64,000 nt of DNA from the human T2T-CHM13v2.0 reference genome, Homo sapiens. Below are positions 57,109-64,000 of the stretch, piece by piece. Position 1 is the first letter of the stretch. The number at the start of each line of letters is the position of its first letter. Location: NCBI RefSeq assembly GCF_009914755.1, contig NC_060926.1; one strand, given 5' to 3'. Below the pieces are notes generated by a model. The model saw only the letters and a list, made by a program, of their open reading frames with translations. It searched no databases and had not been told where the DNA came from. Both the position numbers and the translations under genes were made by a program.

Positions 57109-57466
57109 TCAGAGTCTGAATTCCCTGGCCATGGTTTGTAATGCCAGGTCACGTAAGATACCCACCCGAAGAATGTATTCCAGTATGGGAGAGACATACA
57201 CAGCATATAAATGGAGAGCCAAATGGACGATGCCAAGGAGCAGAGATACAGGTTTCACTTTCACTGACTGGCCTCCACAGTCATAAACGTAAGCAAGATT
57301 GCCAGGAAACTTATCCGGGTTCCCATAAACAAGGCTGCAATCTGCACCAGCATCCACCAGTGCCAGCATCCACTGTACATTGGTGGGGGAACCACTGGAT
57401 CGCTAATTCTATACGTGGCCTCCGGTCATCTGGTGTCCCCACAAGCCGGGCACCTCAGCCAGCTCC
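57109..57466 (-). pseudogene. pro: Retroviral aspartic protease pseudogene
   Basis: ALVDAGADCSLVYGNP (DTG changed to DAG) and YILRVGIL, equivalent to the ILGxD motif. Confidence 0.85.
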
Positions 57467-59019
57467 CTAATCAAACAGAAAAAGCCTTATATTTTCACCT
57501 GGCTGCAGAAAGTAGTCATTGAGCTACAGCACCTGGGTGGGACTGGATCACACAGCAATGTCCTTTTTCCCCTTAGGCATTTTCTGGGACTGCTCCTCCA
57601 GAGACAACCATCTCCTCAAAGTTAAGAGTACTTTATTAGGTTGCTTATCAATTTGCTCATAGTCAACCCTGGCCAAAATCAAATCTATCCACACATGTGA
57701 GTGTGTCACTCACTGGGGCTCCTTTTTCTTCCACTGTGGGGACCCCTGCAGGAGGGATATCCTCCCCTGATTTACAGTGTGGACCCCTCTGTTTCACTGA
57801 CAGCCTTCTGCTTCCCCGAGAGCCGCCGTAGCAGTGGTCACTTTATGTATGCAGCGCCGTAGGTACAGGATGAGATGAGGACAGCAGCTAGGGAGCCAAA
57901 GGCACTTGGGGGTGCAGAATCCAACATGATATTCCTCATGTGGGAGGTGAAATGTTCATCATCTGGCCCCTGGGTATTCAGCTCAAACATAGCCTATCGC
58001 ATACCCATCTCTGGGATGTTTTGTACCAAATCAGCATACAACTGCCATTTACTCACGGTTTTGGGTATTTCACTGGTGTCGTTCCACAGTCTGTATGGCT
58101 GCCCATAGTCACTCAGTCAGAGTGTGGTTACCTTGCCCTTGCACCAACCACCTGCTCATCTGCAACCACTGATGGAGGGAAGGGTGAGTCATGATAGAGG
58201 CCAGCTTTTCCATCTTAGAGGCAGAACAGGAGATACTATCTGCTCCCTCTTCCCACAAATGAAGCACTCAGGCAAGCAGAGGTTCCCCTGGATGATAACA
58301 GCAATGCTTGCCTCATTCCCCCAACTCAGTTGGGGTACAGGCAGTATATGAGGTATGTTGTCTTACCTTGGAGAGTCCCTGAGTTTGCCTTTGGGGCCCC
58401 AGTGGCTGTTCATGATCTACCTTCTGATGGACCACTGGGAAAGCTCACAACGGGGGTTCTTCCTCCTTGGTATCAGACCAAGTGCGGGTGTCTGGCTGAG
58501 ATGAGAGACCCAGGCCTGTATTCACAGCAGCCTCTAATTCCTTTTCCAAGCTCTGTAGCCAGGCCTGCAGGTGCCCTGCTTGCACCTGGAGGTCTCTATT
58601 CATGGCAGTTTCTATCTCTTTTTCTGAGATGTGTAGCAGGGCCTCCAGGTGCCCTGCCTATGTCTGGAGGTGTCCATTCACGGCAGCATCTATCTCTTTT
58701 TCTAAGCTGTGTAGCTAGGCCTCTAGGTGCCCTGCCTGCACCTGGAGGGCCCTGAACTGCACTGCGTCTCTGAGGGACTGGGTGTGTACTTCTTGTAGCA
58801 CAGTCAAAAATGTCTATTCAACTCTTCTGGCAAAAGCTCACTCACTCTCCACGCTCTGTACTTCCAGCTGCTTCAGCGCTCTCTCCATGCTTGCAGGAAA
58901 CCATCTACCACCACTCAGGTTTCCAGCGGAGCCCATCCGAGCAGCACAGCTGCCACTGGGTACCACAACCCATGTTGCAGCCACGTGGCTGGCCCAGAAG
59001 CAGCAGGGAATGAAGGCTC

Positions 59020-59028
59020 ACTCACCTC
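59020..59028 (-). promoter_or_regulatory. Putative major splice donor GAG|GTGAGT
   Basis: Consensus 5' splice site a few nt downstream of the PBS. Confidence 0.55.
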
Positions 59029-59031
59029 GGG

Positions 59032-59049
59032 ATCCTCTTCATAATGCCA
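59032..59049 (-). promoter_or_regulatory. Primer binding site, tRNA-Ser-like
   Basis: TGGCATTATGAAGAGGAT lies 2 nt after the 5' LTR. It matches 14/18 of the recalled complement of a tRNA-Ser(CGA) 3' end (TGGCGTCACGAACAGGAT), with mostly transition mismatches. Confidence 0.75.
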
Positions 59050-59051
59050 GT

Positions 59052-59381
59052 TGTCGGTTCTAACTGAGGTGCGAGGGGAGTTGGTGGGCAAGTGGCAGGT
59101 AATTTGGAAAACACTTGAGGAATTGTAGACAGTTTTCACATGGATTTACTCTCTCTCTGGGCATGAGTGAGCCATATGTACAGCTTTTATTATACCTTTT
59201 ACAGACAATAGTGGCTCAGAGCCAATCACAAGCTCATGTGGGTGATCACCTAATGCGGCTCACATGGCGTGGTTACATAATGTACAGGGTTATGTGCCTG
59301 CACTCGAAACCCACTGAGTCATGCTTCTCTAGAAGGACGCCACAGCCTACTCCTAACTAAAGTGCAGTCATTTTCTTTATA
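59052..59381 (-). repeat. 5' LTR (LTR18A-like)
   Basis: Homologous to 52701-53022, with TATA-like TGTAAAAGGTATAA and poly(A) signal variant AGTAAA (59145-59150). Confidence 0.9.
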
Positions 59382-62164
59382 GAAGGTGACATAAACAATA
59401 CTATATTACAAATATTTAGCCTATTAGTAGATGGGCCATAATGGAGAAATATTGCTGGGCACAGTAAGCTGTTTGGTATGTTCACAATCATCCATATAAG
59501 ATATGCAGTATTTCAGAGCCATCTATGGAATAGGAAGAAAATGATAAGTCCATCATATGTTAAGTTCTTTGATAAGAAATATAAGTTTGAGTTCATCTAT
59601 ATATACCCTAAGTAGCATAGTGATTGGGATATTTGACGTACTCTTAAAATATTAAATATTTTAAAATGTTGTATAAATGTGAGTACATATCAAATAGCTT
59701 AGATGAGTAACTTCGAGTTGGGGAGATGGAAATATTAAAGATTCCTTTTGAGAATTTGAGCTGGAGTGGAAGGACGTCATTTACCACGGAAAGGTCCTAT
59801 TGCAATTTGTCAGATTTTTCTATTGGACTGATATAATTAAATATTTCCAACCCATGCTCATACACATAAGTAAAGAAATTATTCTTTTTCTGTGCAGCTA
59901 CAATTCTGGCTCTAAAGGAATAATAAAAATGACAAACAACTCCTTTGTGGCTGAATTAAATTGGTAAAACCATGGAGAACCATGCTCTTCCGTGGGTCTT
60001 CTGGTAGAAGCTTATGAGACCTTAGACAAGCAGCTCTGGCTGATGCTGCAGCCTGAGGAAATATCTCCCATTAAGTCCATGTGTTCATTTTACATCTGGC
60101 TTTTGAATTGTATTCTAGGTTTATGTATAATTTTCTCATGTTTGGATCCTCCTCCCCATGAGTCCTTTATAGTTGATTCCTCAATCAACTTATACTTTTG
60201 AATTACTTTAAATTTTTACCTCTGTCCAATGTCTTATTAATTCTCTGTGGATCAGTGCTCTTAATATCAGTCCTACTTATCCTGCTCCCATCTTCAGCTC
60301 CCAGGAGCCGCCTTTCTTATGTGTCTAGTACCCCTGAGTGAAATGAGTTCAGATTTTCCACCTGGAAGTGCATTGCTCCTTATTAGAACAGGTGGTTCTT
60401 ATGATATCATACATCTTTACTATGCACTCTATTGATATTTAAAATTTAAGAAGTATCATCTATTTTACACACATTCTAAGATTACTACCTTTTAAAAGCA
60501 ATCAATTTTTAAAAAATAATCAGGGATTAAACTGTACTAAAAAAACTTTTTGTCCTGAAATTATGCCAGAAACTCTATTATTTTAAATTGCCTATTCTAA
60601 ATATATTTTTAATGTTTTATGTTATTCAAAACTCAGACTGAGAATAATTTTTTAAGTCAATTTATGGAATTAAGTAATTATCCTGACATAATTCATTGTA
60701 ACATTCAGTATATTTTTCTTGCATTACCTCTTAGAGTTCTTGTAAAAGAATAATGCAATTATATTTATTCATATAGAAACTTGCAATTATACTCTATCAC
60801 TAAATTACTCAACAGTTATCACTTCAATGCTTAGAACATCAAAGAAACTTTGAAATGAAGACAATACTTATGAGATCAAGTTCACAAAGTAGTTGTGACA
60901 TTTATAAGAGGGATAATTAAACACACTTTATGAATTGGGGATGGGATCTAGATTGGGCCAAATTCTGCATCCTTTGCAGAGTTGAAAATTGATCATTTAT
61001 GTCTAATGAGAAAATGATGAGATTCTTTCACTTAGTAGGGAGAAATCCTAAGGGAAGTTGCCGCTAGACAGAACAAATTTGTCCACATACACTTTCCCAT
61101 TGGAACAGTGGCTTCTAGCTTTCATCGCAGTAAAATATTTTTACTCGGTTTTCAATTACTGGTCAGCTTCAGTTTCTTTTTGTGATAGATTGTAAAAGGG
61201 AAGTATCTATGTTTTAAAAATTCCTTTTTTAAAGCCATGAGAGACTGAAGTATAAGAGAACATCCCCAAAATAGGAAAGAGGCATTTCTCCTGAACTCAT
61301 CTATCAACAGCCTTTAGTTGTGGCATCTCCTTAGCTGCAGGGCCAAAAATGTGTAAGTGGTATGCAGCAAACATAGTAATACTCATCAAAGAAGTACCTG
61401 TACCCAGAGGAAGAGATAGTGGGGCCCACCAGCAATGGTCTTTCTGGCAGAAACAGTAGTAAAACAGAAATGGCAGTAGTTTGAAACAAAGATGGTGATA
61501 CCCAGGGGTACTCATGACCCATAACAGATTAGGCAGAGGTGTGCTTTGAAAGTAGAAATGTGTGGGGCCACAATACATGGCTGTCCTCTACATCTGGTGC
61601 TGAGGAATAGAAAGGAAGGACAAGTGTCACTTGATAAGCAGGAAACAAGTTATATTTTTCAATTTATTTGACATTCTACACCTGGCAATATGTTTAATTC
61701 ACATAGCAATTTCTGTATCAATAGGTGAGAGTAAACACCAGGGTGATATATTCACTTCTCTCAAAGTGACCTTGTAAGCTAAAGAAAAGAATTGGGTATT
61801 ATTATATATTTCTGGAAAAAAATTGGCTCTTGATACCACCTAAATTGATTACTTTTTAGTATTTCCTCAGTAGCACTTATGTATCTAGTCAACACTATAT
61901 TATTTTTACCTCTGCTAACCTGCACTTTGCAATTGGTTCCACCAATTCACTTTATAAATATATATTAAGTTCAAGGAATGTGGCCCAGTATTGTAGTGGA
62001 GACATAAAAATGAATAAGATAGCTCTTGCTCTCAGAGAGTTTGCAGTTAGGCAAAAATGCAAAATAAAAATAAAGATCATATAGTTAGCAATATATGTAG
62101 TAGTCTCTGATATGATACAGAAGAAATTTACTTTCATAATTAGAATATTATACCCAATAAGTTC

Positions 62165-63720
<1,556 letters not shown>

Positions 63721-64000
63721 TTAGAATTTTCTTTTTTAAGTGAAGCCAAGTGAAGAAAGTATTTCAATGAGAAGATAGGGAAACCATAAATTCCCACTAA
63801 TAAATTGAATAACTGGAAAAATCCATAGATTATGAGTGCGTAGTCATGAATTATTACATGTATTAGACAATCTATAATGTGTTGCATACAGAGTATGCAA
63901 AGTGGTAGGAATTTGTACCCTACAATATAGCTAGACGAATACCATATTTTTTATTAGTCATAAATTATCTACAGTAATAATTTTATCTTTCTCCTTTAAT

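Larger units (their letters stand above)
57467..59141 (-). pseudogene. gag: gag pseudogene (ERV-L type)
   Basis: LWYPVAAVL, RVE*TFLTVLQEV (resembling the ERV-L GWLLL motif), a coiled-coil repeat and a TAG at 57467-57469 before pro. The 5' boundary is inferred (see findings). Confidence 0.75.
52701..59381 (-). mobile_element. Near full-length HERV-S / HERVL18 provirus (class III ERV), defective
   Basis: Two ~0.32-kb LTRs, tRNA-Ser-like PBS, gag/pro/RT/RH/IN/env motifs in order and a PPT. 5-bp flanks GAGGG (52696-52700) / GAAGG (59382-59386). Confidence 0.92.

Noticed and set aside
58519-58752. Regularly spaced repeats as a CRISPR-like array
   Set aside because: The whole units are homologous with no unique spacers, they lie within a retroviral gag, and the context is eukaryotic.
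52701-59381. Domesticated gene (syncytin- or Fv1-like) in the provirus
   Set aside because: env and gag each contain multiple stops and frameshifts; there is no long intact ORF.

Overview
This is AT-rich, CpG-depleted primate (most likely human) DNA dominated by interspersed repeats. I find no credible host protein-coding exon or RNA gene; the recognisable ORFs in the track are L1, Alu or retroviral debris, and the rest look like chance ORFs. The main structure is a near full-length, heavily decayed class III endogenous retrovirus on the minus strand (52701-59381). It matches HERV-S/HERVL18 with LTR18-type LTRs, a tRNA-Ser-like PBS, gag-pro-pol-env, a PPT and a 5-bp TSD. Inside it I flag four things: a Gag frame that appears to start at an ATG inside the 5' LTR and read through the PBS, a catalytically dead dUTPase-like segment after integrase, a 3x78-bp coiled-coil repeat in gag, and a compact gamma-type env. 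Elsewhere there are several internally deleted L1s, eight Alus, solo LTRs (MER31, MLT2A nested in an AluJ, MLT1, MER57, LTR27/28-like), hAT MITEs, an L2 relic, tandem duplications and inverted duplications that look like template-switch products. Family names come from remembered consensus sequences, not a database run. I cannot claim a novel functional system.
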